Origin: a virus
Taxonomy: Duplodnaviria; Caudoviricetes
Virus record (IMG/VR): IMGVR_UViG_3300025543_000021
Coordinates: 1 to 58,813 of that record
Direction: 5' to 3' (one strand)
Length of the DNA stretch: 58,813 nucleotides
Positions 9,615 to 20,416 of the stretch are shown here, one piece after another. The notes under the pieces were generated by a model. It had not been told where the DNA came from. It worked only from the letters and a program-made list of their open reading frames with translations, and did no database searches. Numbering within the stretch: position 1 is the stretch's first letter; each line of letters begins with the position of its first letter. The translations under genes and the position numbers were made by a program.

Positions 9615-11780
9615 ATGGCGGAAGGCAATAAATACGGTTTTGGCGGTATTGGCGCTGGTGGTGGAATCGCGAACCTTGTTGCTGCGCCTAAAGTTAATCC
9701 TATCAGATCAGGACAATTTGCTCCTACCCCACAACGGAGACTCACTGCTGAAAAGAAACCTAAAAAACAAGTTCTTGGAGCCTTAGCAGGTGCTGCTTCT
9801 CCTTTTTTAGCTGAAGCAGGATTAGCTGGGCTTAGTAAAATTCCAGGATTAGAAGGGTTATTATTCCAACCTGAAGCACAGACTAAAGAAGATTTTGGTA
9901 TCCTTGCTCCCCAAACAGGAACAGGGATTCCAACAGATCCGTATGCAGCAGAACAAGCAAAACTGCGTCGAAGAGTAGATGCTGCGTTACCTTCTACTAA
10001 GCTGCCTCGTCAAAAAACATTATTGGGAAAAGGTCTTAACGAGCTTTTAACATATGCCCCCGCGTTAGCTCTTGGTGATGAAGACGATGGATCAATTGCT
10101 TCTTATATTGCAGCTGCTTCGTCTGGTAAAAAACTAGAAGGTGCTTTAGATCAATCTCGTTTAGAAGCGTATTTAGCGAGAGAAACGAAACGTGGTGAAA
10201 AATTAGCTAACGTTGGTGATTTTACCCGTAACATCTCATATAGTGCTGTATTACAAGACGATGGCACCTTTGCCCCTATTAAACGTACTGTATTAATTTC
10301 CCCAGATAAATCAACTCGTTATGTATTAAGCCAAGGAGATAAGAACGTAGATTTCGTTCTTGATGAATTAGGAAAACAAGTAGCTGTTCCTCAAGGACAA
10401 TACTTTATTAGAGATACGCTTACATTAGACGACAAAGATCCTGGGAAACCAGAAGATAAAAAACTATTCGATACAAAAAGTGGTCAAATCGCTTACGGAA
10501 CTGTTCAATACGCTCAAACTCCAACGGGACGTGAAGCTCGTATTTTACTTAATGATCCTCGTAATCGTCGGGGAGATGACAAACAAACAACAGCCTCTTC
10601 TTTAAGAAAAGAGTTTGGAGATAACTGGGTTCCTTATGACCAAGAACTAGCTGATTTAGATGCCCGAGAAAAAGGGGATCCACAATTATTTAAAAAGTTT
10701 GAAGGTCGTATGGATCGTGAAGTTGCTACATTAGAAGTAGCAAATATCGCATCAACGATTATACCTATTGCTATGGATGCAGAAAATAACCCAGAACTTC
10801 TAACAGATGTTGGCGCACTTCCTGGATTTTTCGATGGATTGCGAAAAGAAATTTCAAGTGCGTACAATATAATAAATAATTCTGGTCGTTCAGTTGATGA
10901 AATTATTTATGATCAAGGTAAAGATACCGGATCATCTGTTAGTATGGGAAATTTATTAATAGCTAGTAACGATTATAGCAGTATCGTAAACAACGCTAGT
11001 TCAACACCTGCTCAAAAAGATCAAGCTAAAGATAGACTTATTAGCGCATTAAAAACTGTTCAAGCTCGTGCAAAAGACCAAGGATATGCGGGAACTTTAG
11101 CAAATCTTGATTTAGAATCCGATCAATTCCAAGATCTAATTGTAAACCGAGGGTTATTAGCTGCAGGTCAGTTACGGTTAGCGTATGCAGCAGCGGCAGC
11201 AGATGGTCAAACAGGTACTTCTCTTTCAGATAAAGACGTTATTAATTTCCTTGAACAATTAGGATTTGGTGATAAACAAGCTAAATTAGTTGGTAATAAA
11301 ATGACTAATTTCGTTGTAAATAGATTACAAAATCTTGATTCTAGAGAGTTTAGAACTTTATCTAATAACGCTAGAACCCATACTGAAACGGATGTTCGTA
11401 ATACTAATGATTATTTACGAGGTACGTTCGGTACTAGTCTTTCGGATTTAAATTCCCTTAGAGATGAAAAATTAACTCAAGATGAAAAAGAAGTAATCGC
11501 GTCTAAAATTATATCAGATATTGCCGAAGATACTCGAGGAAGCGCGTTTTCTGATTTTGTATACGATAGAAAAAATCAACGGATTCGTTATGTTCCTGTA
11601 TTAGAGCGGCTAAAAAGCAGAGAGTTAATTTATAACCGTTATATGCAAACTATTTTCCCACATTACGGTATTACTGAGGATCAAATTAATTTAGTTGGTC
11701 AGAGTGATATAGGGCTAGATGAAAGTTCTGGTCAGGGTACTACTCCTTCTCGTCCCCCGTTAAATTTAAGGATTAGGTAA
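9615..11780 (+). CDS. Putative internal virion (ejection) protein
   Basis: 721 aa ORF in the podovirus core-protein position. Confidence 0.6.
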   Translation: MAEGNKYGFGGIGAGGGIANLVAAPKVNPIRSGQFAPTPQRRLTAEKKPKKQVLGALAGAASPFLAEAGLAGLSKIPGLEGLLFQPEAQTKEDFGILAPQTGTGIPTDPYAAEQAKLRRRVDAALPSTKLPRQKTLLGKGLNELLTYAPALALGDEDDGSIASYIAAASSGKKLEGALDQSRLEAYLARETKRGEKLANVGDFTRNISYSAVLQDDGTFAPIKRTVLISPDKSTRYVLSQGDKNVDFVLDELGKQVAVPQGQYFIRDTLTLDDKDPGKPEDKKLFDTKSGQIAYGTVQYAQTPTGREARILLNDPRNRRGDDKQTTASSLRKEFGDNWVPYDQELADLDAREKGDPQLFKKFEGRMDREVATLEVANIASTIIPIAMDAENNPELLTDVGALPGFFDGLRKEISSAYNIINNSGRSVDEIIYDQGKDTGSSVSMGNLLIASNDYSSIVNNASSTPAQKDQAKDRLISALKTVQARAKDQGYAGTLANLDLESDQFQDLIVNRGLLAAGQLRLAYAAAAADGQTGTSLSDKDVINFLEQLGFGDKQAKLVGNKMTNFVVNRLQNLDSREFRTLSNNARTHTETDVRNTNDYLRGTFGTSLSDLNSLRDEKLTQDEKEVIASKIISDIAEDTRGSAFSDFVYDRKNQRIRYVPVLERLKSRELIYNRYMQTIFPHYGITEDQINLVGQSDIGLDESSGQGTTPSRPPLNLRIR

Positions 11781-11786
11781 AATTAA

Positions 11787-14700
11787 ATGGCTGCGAATCA
11801 ACCAAACATTACAGTTTTAGATAGTTTTTTACAAACTCCTGAATTTGATGCGTTTAAACAAAATACAATTTTAGCTCCTATTGCTGAAGGAAGCGATATT
11901 ACTTTAGAGAAAATTTATTCTAATGATCCCATAAGATTAAATGCGTTTTTAGAAGCAGAATATCTACAAAGTAAAGCTGAACAAGGTGACGAAACAGCTC
12001 AATCTTTAGTTGACCCACAGGATACTGAAATTACAAACGCAACTTTCCGTTATATTCAACGGTATATGCCTTTAGATACAGTAGCTCAAACTTCAATTAG
12101 TTTAGATTCGGCACCTTTAAAAACAGTTTCTGAACCAGAACCTCGTTTACAAGTTCCAGGACGTATGGGTAGATCTTTCCCAATACAACTTCCTATAAAA
12201 GAAGACAGTACTCAGTATTCTACGCTTACTGAATCCTTGCTTGATGAAGATCAACGTCAGAAAATCGCGTCATTAGGTATAGATCCTAATGTTTATTACC
12301 AAGGCGACCAGTCTTTTTATGATAAATTTATACAAGGTTCTGACCCTGTAGATGAAAACTCTCCTTGGAGAGTAAAATCATTTTTCTTTCCTATAAACAT
12401 TACGCCGTTTGAAGCTGAAAAATTATTAGAAAAAGAATCTCCTAACGCTGAGTTTAGATATATTGATCCTAATAATCAAAGTATGGGACTCGCGATCCGT
12501 GATGAAACTACTAATGGTAGATTTGTTCCTTTAAGGCCACAGTTTGGATACGAAAGCGGAGTTGAAGAACTTCTTACAGGTGTCGGCCAAGAAATGGGTG
12601 CGATAGTTACTGAAGTCGTAGGTTTAAAAGGACTTGGCAAATTAATTGGCGAAGCTGGAGAACAAGCAGGGAAGTTAGAAAAACTAGGAAGAGGAGCAGG
12701 AGTCGCAACTGTTACTGGACTTTCCGCTGGATTTGGTCGTTTTGCACAACTAGCTTACGGCAACGCTAAAGGAATTAACGATATTTCTATAGAGCGTGCT
12801 TTTGAAGATGCAGGATTTGCTGCGTTATTGTCTGGAGGTAGTACCGCTGTTGTTGGTGCCGCGTTAGCAACTGCTGGAAAAATTTGGTCTTCAATTACTG
12901 GATCAGCTATTCCAGAAGAAATTATAGCTAGGCTTCAAGCACAAATCGCTAAAGTTAAAGCGAAAGGTACAGGGGAAGAGTTCACTTCCGAAGAATTAAG
13001 AGATAGAACGAAAGAAGCAGCTTTAGCAGTAAGTGATTCAATAACTGAGTATAAACCAACCGCAGGAGAATTAACTCAAGATGATTTTTTAAAAACTCTT
13101 GAGCTAGAACTATTCGCACAATTATCCCCAACCTCTAAAGGTCGTCAAGCCTATAACGATATTGTTACTAACAACTCCAACGCTGCGTTCAATTTTTGGC
13201 AAGAACTTACAGAAAATTCTCCAGAATTAAAAGGTATTTCGTATACTGATTTCCGTGAGTTTTTAGCGCAGCAACAAAAAGATTATGCTGATCAAGCTGC
13301 CGAAGCTGCGAAAATAAAAATACGAGATATAGAAGAAAGCACTACGATAGACGGAGTTTTACCTGATCAAAATCCTGATCAAATGCTTACAATTGATGAG
13401 CTTGGTTCTACTTTTACAAGAGACCAACAATCTGGAGGTTTAATATTTAAACGAAACAGCCCTGAGTTTTTAGCTCAATCTGACGAAGCCTATAACGCAG
13501 CTAAAAATACTGTTTCTGATGAAATAACTGCTCTAAGTGGTCTTAAATACGATAGGAAATTAGATTCTACTTCTAGGATTCGTGGTGCGTTTCAGGAAGC
13601 ATTTAATGCTGGAGAAGATAAAGACGCAATAATGCGTACTTTAGGTGAAGTTGAAGCGTCTGATGTAATCAGAAGTATGATCCCAATGGCTAGAGACGAC
13701 TCAGGAAACCCTGTAAGTATTTTAAAACAGCTTCTTGGGGTAACTGTTGATGATCAAGGTAAGTTTTTAAAACAAGCAGATCTAACTTTTGGTCAACTAG
13801 CTGGTATGCAAAATGCTTTAAACGCTTTATTTATGGAAAGCGGTGATCGAGGAGTTAAAGAAGTTGCTCAAAAACTACGCAATGCTGTCGAAGAACAAAT
13901 AGACGATTTAATTACCTTTCACGCTAATAAACAATTAGCTGCCGAAGGGATTGACGCTCCTACTGCTAAAGTTTTAGGAGAAAAAGTTCAAGAAATAGCT
14001 GGGCCATTAATCGAAGCTCAAAGTAATTTACGGGCGGCTAATGTAGCTATTGAACGTAAATTTATTAGAGACCTAGTTGATAAAGAACCCTCTGAAATAG
14101 CTGATTTCGTTTTATCTTCTAGTCCAAAACAAATAACCCAGTTGTTAGATCAGATCTATAATCTTCCTGATTCTATTGTTCGTATGCAAAATTTACGACA
14201 GTTAGTTATAGAAAATATGCGTAAATCTATGGGTGGGATGCCTTTAGAAGAACAAAATAAAGCATGGGTTAAATTTATAGAGAAAAACGAAAATCAATTA
14301 GCTGCGTTATTTCCTGAAGCTCAGTTTTTAAAAATGAAAGATTTTGGTGATGTACAAAATAAAGCGTTACAAGAAATAAATGAAACTGCAGAAACTTTAG
14401 TTGATTTAGAAAAACAACTAGGTAAACCTCCTGCTGAGTTTATAAGTGACTTTTTATTACAAGGACGCAGCTCACGGTTAACAGGTGCTAAAGAACTTTC
14501 TCGTAGAGAATTTGGTGAATTAATAAGTAAAAACCCAGAACTACAGCCGTATGTAGCAGCGTTAACAAGAGATTTTTTCCAAAAGAATTTTGAAACAACC
14601 CGTACTTCTGGAGACACTATGTTTTCAGAAGGATTAGACGTAAATAGGTTTATTGATTTTGTACAAAGTGGTGTACGAAGCGGTCAAGAAGGTACTTCTG

Positions 14701-15203
14701 AATTAGGACAAATATTCACACCTTTATTGGGTAAAGAACAAGGCCCGAAATTTGCTAAAAATTTAAGAATAATGGCGCAAATTTTAGACCGTGGTGTTAA
14801 GCGCGGGTCGCGGAGTCCTATGTCCCAAGGAACAGCTGCTAATCAAACTATCGACGATTATTTAGAAGAAGCTTCTATTCTACAAAGGTTTACTATTGCT
14901 CCCCTTTCGACAACAGGTAGAAAAATAACGGCGGCAGTTTCCGGTTTTCGAGATAGAGCAAAAAGTGATTTGTTAGAAATTTTATCTGATCCTAGTAAAC
15001 TAGATACTTTATTAAAAGATAGACAAAGAAAGTTATCTCGTCGTGATTTTTATAAATTTTTAAGTGCTTTAGCTGTTTCTCGAGAAGTAGATATCGGCTC
15101 TGAAACTAACGAAGACCTTTATGATAGGGCTGTAAAATCATTGGAAGGGCCGACAAAAGGTATTATTGACTTATACTCAAGGATGTTTGACGATGAAGAT
15201 TAA
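11787..15203 (+). CDS. Large internal virion (ejection) protein
   Basis: 1138 aa, largely helical with hydrophobic Gly/Ala segments. Position matches the largest core protein. Confidence 0.6.
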   Translation: MAANQPNITVLDSFLQTPEFDAFKQNTILAPIAEGSDITLEKIYSNDPIRLNAFLEAEYLQSKAEQGDETAQSLVDPQDTEITNATFRYIQRYMPLDTVAQTSISLDSAPLKTVSEPEPRLQVPGRMGRSFPIQLPIKEDSTQYSTLTESLLDEDQRQKIASLGIDPNVYYQGDQSFYDKFIQGSDPVDENSPWRVKSFFFPINITPFEAEKLLEKESPNAEFRYIDPNNQSMGLAIRDETTNGRFVPLRPQFGYESGVEELLTGVGQEMGAIVTEVVGLKGLGKLIGEAGEQAGKLEKLGRGAGVATVTGLSAGFGRFAQLAYGNAKGINDISIERAFEDAGFAALLSGGSTAVVGAALATAGKIWSSITGSAIPEEIIARLQAQIAKVKAKGTGEEFTSEELRDRTKEAALAVSDSITEYKPTAGELTQDDFLKTLELELFAQLSPTSKGRQAYNDIVTNNSNAAFNFWQELTENSPELKGISYTDFREFLAQQQKDYADQAAEAAKIKIRDIEESTTIDGVLPDQNPDQMLTIDELGSTFTRDQQSGGLIFKRNSPEFLAQSDEAYNAAKNTVSDEITALSGLKYDRKLDSTSRIRGAFQEAFNAGEDKDAIMRTLGEVEASDVIRSMIPMARDDSGNPVSILKQLLGVTVDDQGKFLKQADLTFGQLAGMQNALNALFMESGDRGVKEVAQKLRNAVEEQIDDLITFHANKQLAAEGIDAPTAKVLGEKVQEIAGPLIEAQSNLRAANVAIERKFIRDLVDKEPSEIADFVLSSSPKQITQLLDQIYNLPDSIVRMQNLRQLVIENMRKSMGGMPLEEQNKAWVKFIEKNENQLAALFPEAQFLKMKDFGDVQNKALQEINETAETLVDLEKQLGKPPAEFISDFLLQGRSSRLTGAKELSRREFGELISKNPELQPYVAALTRDFFQKNFETTRTSGDTMFSEGLDVNRFIDFVQSGVRSGQEGTSELGQIFTPLLGKEQGPKFAKNLRIMAQILDRGVKRGSRSPMSQGTAANQTIDDYLEEASILQRFTIAPLSTTGRKITAAVSGFRDRAKSDLLEILSDPSKLDTLLKDRQRKLSRRDFYKFLSALAVSREVDIGSETNEDLYDRAVKSLEGPTKGIIDLYSRMFDDED

Positions 15204-16551
15204 AGTGTTTGAACCTCCTATGCCTACTTTTGATGATCCCGAACTTATGGCCTCTGGCGGCGAAGTTAAACCTCGTAAAATGGAAGAAGGTGGCGGCACA
15301 TTTTATGATTACGGGTACGGAACTTACAATCCAGCTACTGGTTATTTTGACCCTACTCCTCAATTTACAGCTCAACAAGCTGCTTTAACGGAAGCAGCAA
15401 TGGCTACTGGCGGTGAACAAGGTGCCTATGCGGGTTATGGTGGTGGCGGCGGCGGCGGGGAAATGGGTGCGGGAGATACTAATTTTTCCCAAGAATATAT
15501 TGATTATTTAATAGAGCAAGCTAATCGATCTTCTACTACAGATACTTCAGCCGCTGACGCAGCAGCAGCAGCCGAAGCAGCAGCAGCCGAAGCAGCAGCA
15601 TCCTTAGCTGAATTTAACGAACGGTTTGCAGGCGGAACATTAACTCCTGAAGAAATACAAAATTTAATTGACCAAGGAATGACTGAAGACCAAGTTCTAA
15701 CTTTAATTGGTAATTATCAATTAAACGAAGATCAATTAGGTCAGTTATATAATCAAGGTTTATTAACAGAAGAACAAATTGCTCAGATTTTAGGCCTGAT
15801 AGATGAGGCAACTGACGAAGGTGACATAGTAACTCAAGAAGATGTTGAAGATGCGATTGCTTCTGGAGGATATACTCAAGAAGAAATTGCTGAAATGATC
15901 GCGGCTCAAAGTCCCGATTTAAGTGGTTATGCGACTACAGAACAATTAGCTGGGTTAGAAGGACAGTTTCAAAACTTTTTAACACCGGAACAATTAGAAG
16001 GTTACGTTACTGCGGATCAATTAGCGGAAGCTACAGCTAACGATTACGATGATGTTATTGAAGGTTTAACTACTCAGTTAAGTGATCTTGAAACTAAATA
16101 TCAAGATGTAACCGATCAATACGAAGCTGACGCAGTTAACCAACAAATTGCAGATACTAAAGACGAATTAAATTCCTTTTTCGCTGGAGCCGTTAATACT
16201 GGGCCACGGACAGGGTCTACTTCTCAATTTAGTTCTGGTACTTCGTTCCTTCCAGGAGGAAGTCCTATGGCGAATCTTATTGGTAGCCAACGAGAAGGAG
16301 CAGGACAAGATGCGTTTAATAGTTATTTAAAAACATTTACTCCAAGTTATGCTTCTTACGAAGAACCAAAATCTTTAGACGATTACGCACAAGGATCTAA
16401 TCCTTTTATGGGCGCACAATATAATAATCCGTTTACAGGGGGTTATAATATGGGCGGTCAAGTTTCTAACGGTATTATGGATCTAACGAACTTTGATACT
16501 AACGTACAACCTTTCCAAAATGCTTTTAGACCAAATAAACCGAGAAATTAA
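15166..16551 (+). CDS. Highly acidic hypothetical protein (start may be 15193)
   Basis: Long ORF with EAAAA linker, acidic short repeats and three xxGG motifs. Confidence 0.65.
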   Translation: MTYTQGCLTMKIKVFEPPMPTFDDPELMASGGEVKPRKMEEGGGTFYDYGYGTYNPATGYFDPTPQFTAQQAALTEAAMATGGEQGAYAGYGGGGGGGEMGAGDTNFSQEYIDYLIEQANRSSTTDTSAADAAAAAEAAAAEAAASLAEFNERFAGGTLTPEEIQNLIDQGMTEDQVLTLIGNYQLNEDQLGQLYNQGLLTEEQIAQILGLIDEATDEGDIVTQEDVEDAIASGGYTQEEIAEMIAAQSPDLSGYATTEQLAGLEGQFQNFLTPEQLEGYVTADQLAEATANDYDDVIEGLTTQLSDLETKYQDVTDQYEADAVNQQIADTKDELNSFFAGAVNTGPRTGSTSQFSSGTSFLPGGSPMANLIGSQREGAGQDAFNSYLKTFTPSYASYEEPKSLDDYAQGSNPFMGAQYNNPFTGGYNMGGQVSNGIMDLTNFDTNVQPFQNAFRPNKPRN

Positions 16552-16553
16552 AA

Positions 16554-16925
16554 ATGATGCCAATGAATGAAATGCCTAACCGATTAGACGCTCTTAGAGG
16601 AAATGCAGAAATGGCAGGAGGCCCACCAGCTATGGGGGGTACACCTCCTCCTCTTCCACCCACAGCTTCTCCTGCCTCTGCTCCTCCTATGGCTCCTCCT
16701 ATGGAAGAAGATCGTTTATCGTCTTTACTAGGTGGTATGGACGATTCTCCAATGATGCCGGAAGAAGAGATGATGGGCGAGGGTCTAGCTCTTTCTGATG
16801 TCGCTACCGGACTTGCTACGGCAGCGGTTGAAACATCTGGAGGAGATATTGCTATGGCACGTGCTTCGTTAATGGAAGCGTTAGCAGAACTAGATGCAAT
16901 GGAAATGGGTGAGTTACCCGCTTAA
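16554..16925 (+). CDS. Pro/Met-rich hypothetical protein
   Basis: 123 aa, last gene of the late operon, converges on the helicase. Confidence 0.65.
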   Translation: MMPMNEMPNRLDALRGNAEMAGGPPAMGGTPPPLPPTASPASAPPMAPPMEEDRLSSLLGGMDDSPMMPEEEMMGEGLALSDVATGLATAAVETSGGDIAMARASLMEALAELDAMEMGELPA

Positions 16926-18362
16926 CCAGTTTTCCCATTTGTCGTCGCCTAAGACTTCTTGGGCGAGGTCAAGTTTATTGCGTAAAGCTGTTACAATTCT
17001 TTCATCTATCGTATCTTTAGCTACTAAATCAACATACGTTACGTTGTTTTTCTGGCCGATACGGTGCGCTCTATCTTCAGACTGTAACCTTTTTTCGAGG
17101 TCAAAGTTATTTGAATAATAGATTACGTTTTGCGCTTCTGTTAATGTAATCCCGTACCCTCCTGTTTGAGTATTACCTACGAAAAACCGTAGGGGGTGAT
17201 CAGGGTTTTGGAAATCTTTAATAATACGTTCACGTTCATCGGTACTTGTATCTCCGAAATACGCAGCTACAGAATCTGATCCGAATAACCCTTGTAGAGT
17301 TTCAACGATCTCTAGGATATTTTGGCGGTAGTTTGCCCAGATAATTACTTTACCTTGCATTTCACCAATAACTTCAATAAGTTCATCTATCCTGTTATTA
17401 TCTACAGGAGTTTCTACTCCATCGTCGCTTTTAACATGACCACATACTATCTGATGTAACCTAAGTAATTGAGTGAGTACATTCGTAACACTTAACATTT
17501 CTTCGTTTTTCAACAAAGTTATCGCGCTTTCACTTAATTCTTTATAAAGTTTCTTTTGTTCAGCGGTTAGAGTTACTTCTCTTTTAACGTAAACTTTTTC
17601 AGGTAGGTCTAAGCAATCGTTTTTTAATACCCTATAAGAGAACGTATCTAGCCTAGCCGTTAATTCTTCTAGGTTCCTATAGCCTACTACCTGTTTAACT
17701 GTACGGCCTCCGAAATAGCGATTTACGACTTCTCCGTAATGGTTTTGAAAAGAATAGAACGAGGTATACCCTAATAAACTAGATCCAAGAACCTCGGTTT
17801 GACTATACAGATCTAAAGGTGATTGAGTTATAGGTGATCCTGTAAGGATTCTACGGAACGCTGTATTTTTTGATAACTTAACAATAGCCTTGGTTCGTGA
17901 TGCTTTAGGGTTTTTAATCGTTGTTGATTCATCTACTGCTAATAGAACCTTATGTCCTAGGATAAAATTCTGAGTAAATTTAACACCTTTAGGAGTACTA
18001 AATGCTTCTACGTTTATTACGAATATTTTGAGTTTATCTTCGTCTACATTAAATAACTTAACGAGGTCAGCTTTCTCTTTTTTCCTTGGCGCAGGAGACC
18101 ATACCGCAACGTGGCGGTCTATATAATCCGGCATATGGTCAGGGATCTCTTTCGTAGACCAGTTTTTATAAACACCTTTCGGAGCAATAATAACTACAGC
18201 GTTGATCGCGCCTTTACCATAAAGAATACCGATAGTATCTATTAAGACTTTAGACTTACCTGTACCCATCTCCATAAAAAAGCCATACTCTCGTTTGTTC
18301 CACGAGCGTTTTAACGCAGTTTTTTGGTGAGCATACGGTTCCGTCTTGAATTCGTATTTCAC
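16914..18362 (-). CDS. SNF2-family (SF2) helicase
   Basis: MEMGTGKS Walker A, VDES, LTGSP, QSEDRAHRIGQ motif VI. RBS TAGAAAGGA before the GTG start. Confidence 0.92.
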   Translation of the reverse strand: MKYEFKTEPYAHQKTALKRSWNKREYGFFMEMGTGKSKVLIDTIGILYGKGAINAVVIIAPKGVYKNWSTKEIPDHMPDYIDRHVAVWSPAPRKKEKADLVKLFNVDEDKLKIFVINVEAFSTPKGVKFTQNFILGHKVLLAVDESTTIKNPKASRTKAIVKLSKNTAFRRILTGSPITQSPLDLYSQTEVLGSSLLGYTSFYSFQNHYGEVVNRYFGGRTVKQVVGYRNLEELTARLDTFSYRVLKNDCLDLPEKVYVKREVTLTAEQKKLYKELSESAITLLKNEEMLSVTNVLTQLLRLHQIVCGHVKSDDGVETPVDNNRIDELIEVIGEMQGKVIIWANYRQNILEIVETLQGLFGSDSVAAYFGDTSTDERERIIKDFQNPDHPLRFFVGNTQTGGYGITLTEAQNVIYYSNNFDLEKRLQSEDRAHRIGQKNNVTYVDLVAKDTIDERIVTALRNKLDLAQEVLGDDKWENWLSG

Positions 18363-18403
18363 AGTTGTTCCTTTCTAAGTTCTATAAGTAAGTATATAGA
18401 AGT

Positions 18404-18432
18404 ATAGTAGTAAAATAAAGAAATACCGTAAA
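18404..18432 (-). promoter_or_regulatory. Sigma70-like promoter for the helicase
   Basis: Minus strand TTTACG-17 nt-TACTAT, same pattern as the plus-strand promoter family. Confidence 0.6.
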
Positions 18433-18440
18433 ATCAGGAA

Positions 18441-18610
18441 GCCTGTTTAATAGATGTAATATATTCTATTAGTTTTACTCTCTCATCAGTTCCTAGGTAA
18501 AACGAGAGTTACAGTACTACTCTATTACTTCTATTACTCTATTAGACGTTTCTGTTAATTTTTTTATAAAAAATTTATTTTTAGATATAGGTAATACAGA
18601 TAATACCTCT
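18441..18610. repeat. AT-rich element L with CTATTA repeats (candidate origin), inverted copy of 38861-39040
   Basis: ACTCTATTACTTCTATTACT (18519-18538) is the exact reverse complement of 38932-38951. The flanks also align. Confidence 0.7.
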
Positions 18611-18639
18611 TTACTAACGAAAACGGATTAAGGTAAGGT
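18610..18639 (+). promoter_or_regulatory. Sigma70-like promoter for the replication operon
   Basis: TTTACT-18 nt-TAAGGT, followed by an AAGGAG RBS. Confidence 0.5.
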
Positions 18640-18665
18640 AGCTTTCTATAAAGGAGAAATTAGAA

Positions 18666-19001
18666 ATGACCGTGTATATAGTCCAAGAAGTCCTTGGAAG
18701 AAACCTTGTCCCCGCACAAAAGTATGGGGAATTAGTTCCTTTACTCCCTGCTAGGGCTAACTTGATGCTTTCGACTGGGCCTGAAGTAAAAATGCTCAAA
18801 CGAAAACTAATAGATTTCAATGACGATGATTACCTATTATTAATAGGCGATCCTGCTGCCATTGGATTGTGCTGCGCAATAGCAGCATCCATCAACAGTA
18901 AGTTTTCTGTCCTTAAATGGGACAGGCAAGAAATGACTTACTACCCTGTATCGTTCGATATTAGGGGTAATTCAGAAGACTTAGGAGAAGTCCATGTCTG
19001 A
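18666..19001 (+). CDS. Hypothetical protein (first replication-operon gene)
   Basis: 111 aa, strong RBS, DDYLLLIGDP and LKWDRQ motifs. Confidence 0.75.
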   Translation: MTVYIVQEVLGRNLVPAQKYGELVPLLPARANLMLSTGPEVKMLKRKLIDFNDDDYLLLIGDPAAIGLCCAIAASINSKFSVLKWDRQEMTYYPVSFDIRGNSEDLGEVHV

Positions 19002-19575
19002 AGACGATAACATACCGTTGTCCTTTGAGGAACTAACGGGTGCATCCTCTACCGAGGAATGGAACGAAACGACACTCGATAGCGAGTACGCAAAAATTAC
19101 TGAAAAAGCCATCGCCTTACAAAAATTGCAAGAAGATGTAAAAACACTGGAACACGCTTTAAAAGAAACGAAGGAAAAACTTCGTATTGTTGAAGAGCAA
19201 GAACTTCCAGAAGCTATGCAAGCCGCGAATCTACAAGAAATAAAACTTACTAATGGAGCAAAGATAACAATGTCTCAGTTCTATAAAGGTTCTATATCTG
19301 AAAAGCACCGCGAAAAAGCACATGAATGGCTTTTAAGTAACAACCACGGCGGCATTATTAAGCACGAAGTATCTTTAAAGTTCGGTAAGGACGAAGGAGA
19401 AAAAGCTAATGACGCAGTGCAAAGTCTTAAACAGAAAGGGTTAGACCCTGCTGTTAAAGAAAGTGTTCATCCGCAAACGCTAAATGCATTTGTAAGAGAA
19501 CAATTGACGAGTGGGAAAGATCTTCCTGCTGATTTATTCGGGGTCTACGTCGGATCTCGCGCCAAACTAAAATAG
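18994..19575 (+). CDS. Hypothetical replication-module protein
   Basis: 193 aa, coiled-coil N-terminus and VHPQTLNAFVRE motif. Confidence 0.75.
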   Translation: MSEDDNIPLSFEELTGASSTEEWNETTLDSEYAKITEKAIALQKLQEDVKTLEHALKETKEKLRIVEEQELPEAMQAANLQEIKLTNGAKITMSQFYKGSISEKHREKAHEWLLSNNHGGIIKHEVSLKFGKDEGEKANDAVQSLKQKGLDPAVKESVHPQTLNAFVREQLTSGKDLPADLFGVYVGSRAKLK

Positions 19576-19586
19576 AGGTAACTCCA

Positions 19587-20399
19587 ATGGCTGATAAGAA
19601 AGTAGCTGAAGTATCATCTTCAGATGTAATCCCTTTTGATGACGATATGTTATCCCAAGGAACAGGGTTAGAAGAAGCGACAGCAGATGATTATGCGATT
19701 CCGTTTTTACGCATATTACAATCTATGTCCCCGCAACTTAAAAAGAGTGACGGTAAATTTATTGCTGGTGCAGAAGAAGGTAGCTTCTTTAATACTGTAA
19801 GCAACGATGTTTTCGACGGCAACGAAGGCGTTAAAATTATTCCATGTGCGTATAAGAAAAAGTATATCGAATGGATTACGCGTGAAAACGGCGGCGGTTT
19901 TGTAGACGATACTCACCCTGCTAGTATTTTAAAAGAATGTACTAAAGACGATAAAGGTCGTTTTATTCTAAAGAACGGCAACCAAATTGCTGAAACAGCA
20001 GAGTATTACTGTATTCTAGTAGAAAACGAAAACGCTCCTGAACAGGTATTGTTAAGTTTAACGAGTTCACAACTAGGGTTTTCTCGACGTTGGAATACGA
20101 TGTTAAACAATGCTCGCGTACAAAATGCGAAAGGAGAATCAGTAGCCGCTCCGATGTTTTCGTTCATTTATAACCTAACTACGATAACTCAATCTAACGA
20201 CCAGTATAGCTGGATGGGTTTATCGGTAGAAAAAGCTCGACCTACCCCGATGCCATTAGCTATGGCTGCACTTGATTTTATGAAAGCTGCCCGAGCAGGG
20301 ACAGTAGAAGTAAAACAAGAGCAAGAGGGAGCCGAATCTTCTAGCAAACCAATAGTAGAAGCAGCTGATGTTTTAGAAGGTGAAGAGATACCGTTTTAG
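19587..20399 (+). CDS. Putative ssDNA-binding/annealing protein
   Basis: IPFLRILQSMSPQ motif and acidic C-terminal tail ending EEIPF (SSB-like tip). Confidence 0.65.
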   Translation: MADKKVAEVSSSDVIPFDDDMLSQGTGLEEATADDYAIPFLRILQSMSPQLKKSDGKFIAGAEEGSFFNTVSNDVFDGNEGVKIIPCAYKKKYIEWITRENGGGFVDDTHPASILKECTKDDKGRFILKNGNQIAETAEYYCILVENENAPEQVLLSLTSSQLGFSRRWNTMLNNARVQNAKGESVAAPMFSFIYNLTTITQSNDQYSWMGLSVEKARPTPMPLAMAALDFMKAARAGTVEVKQEQEGAESSSKPIVEAADVLEGEEIPF

Positions 20400-20416
20400 T
20401 ATATTAAGGGTGAGCA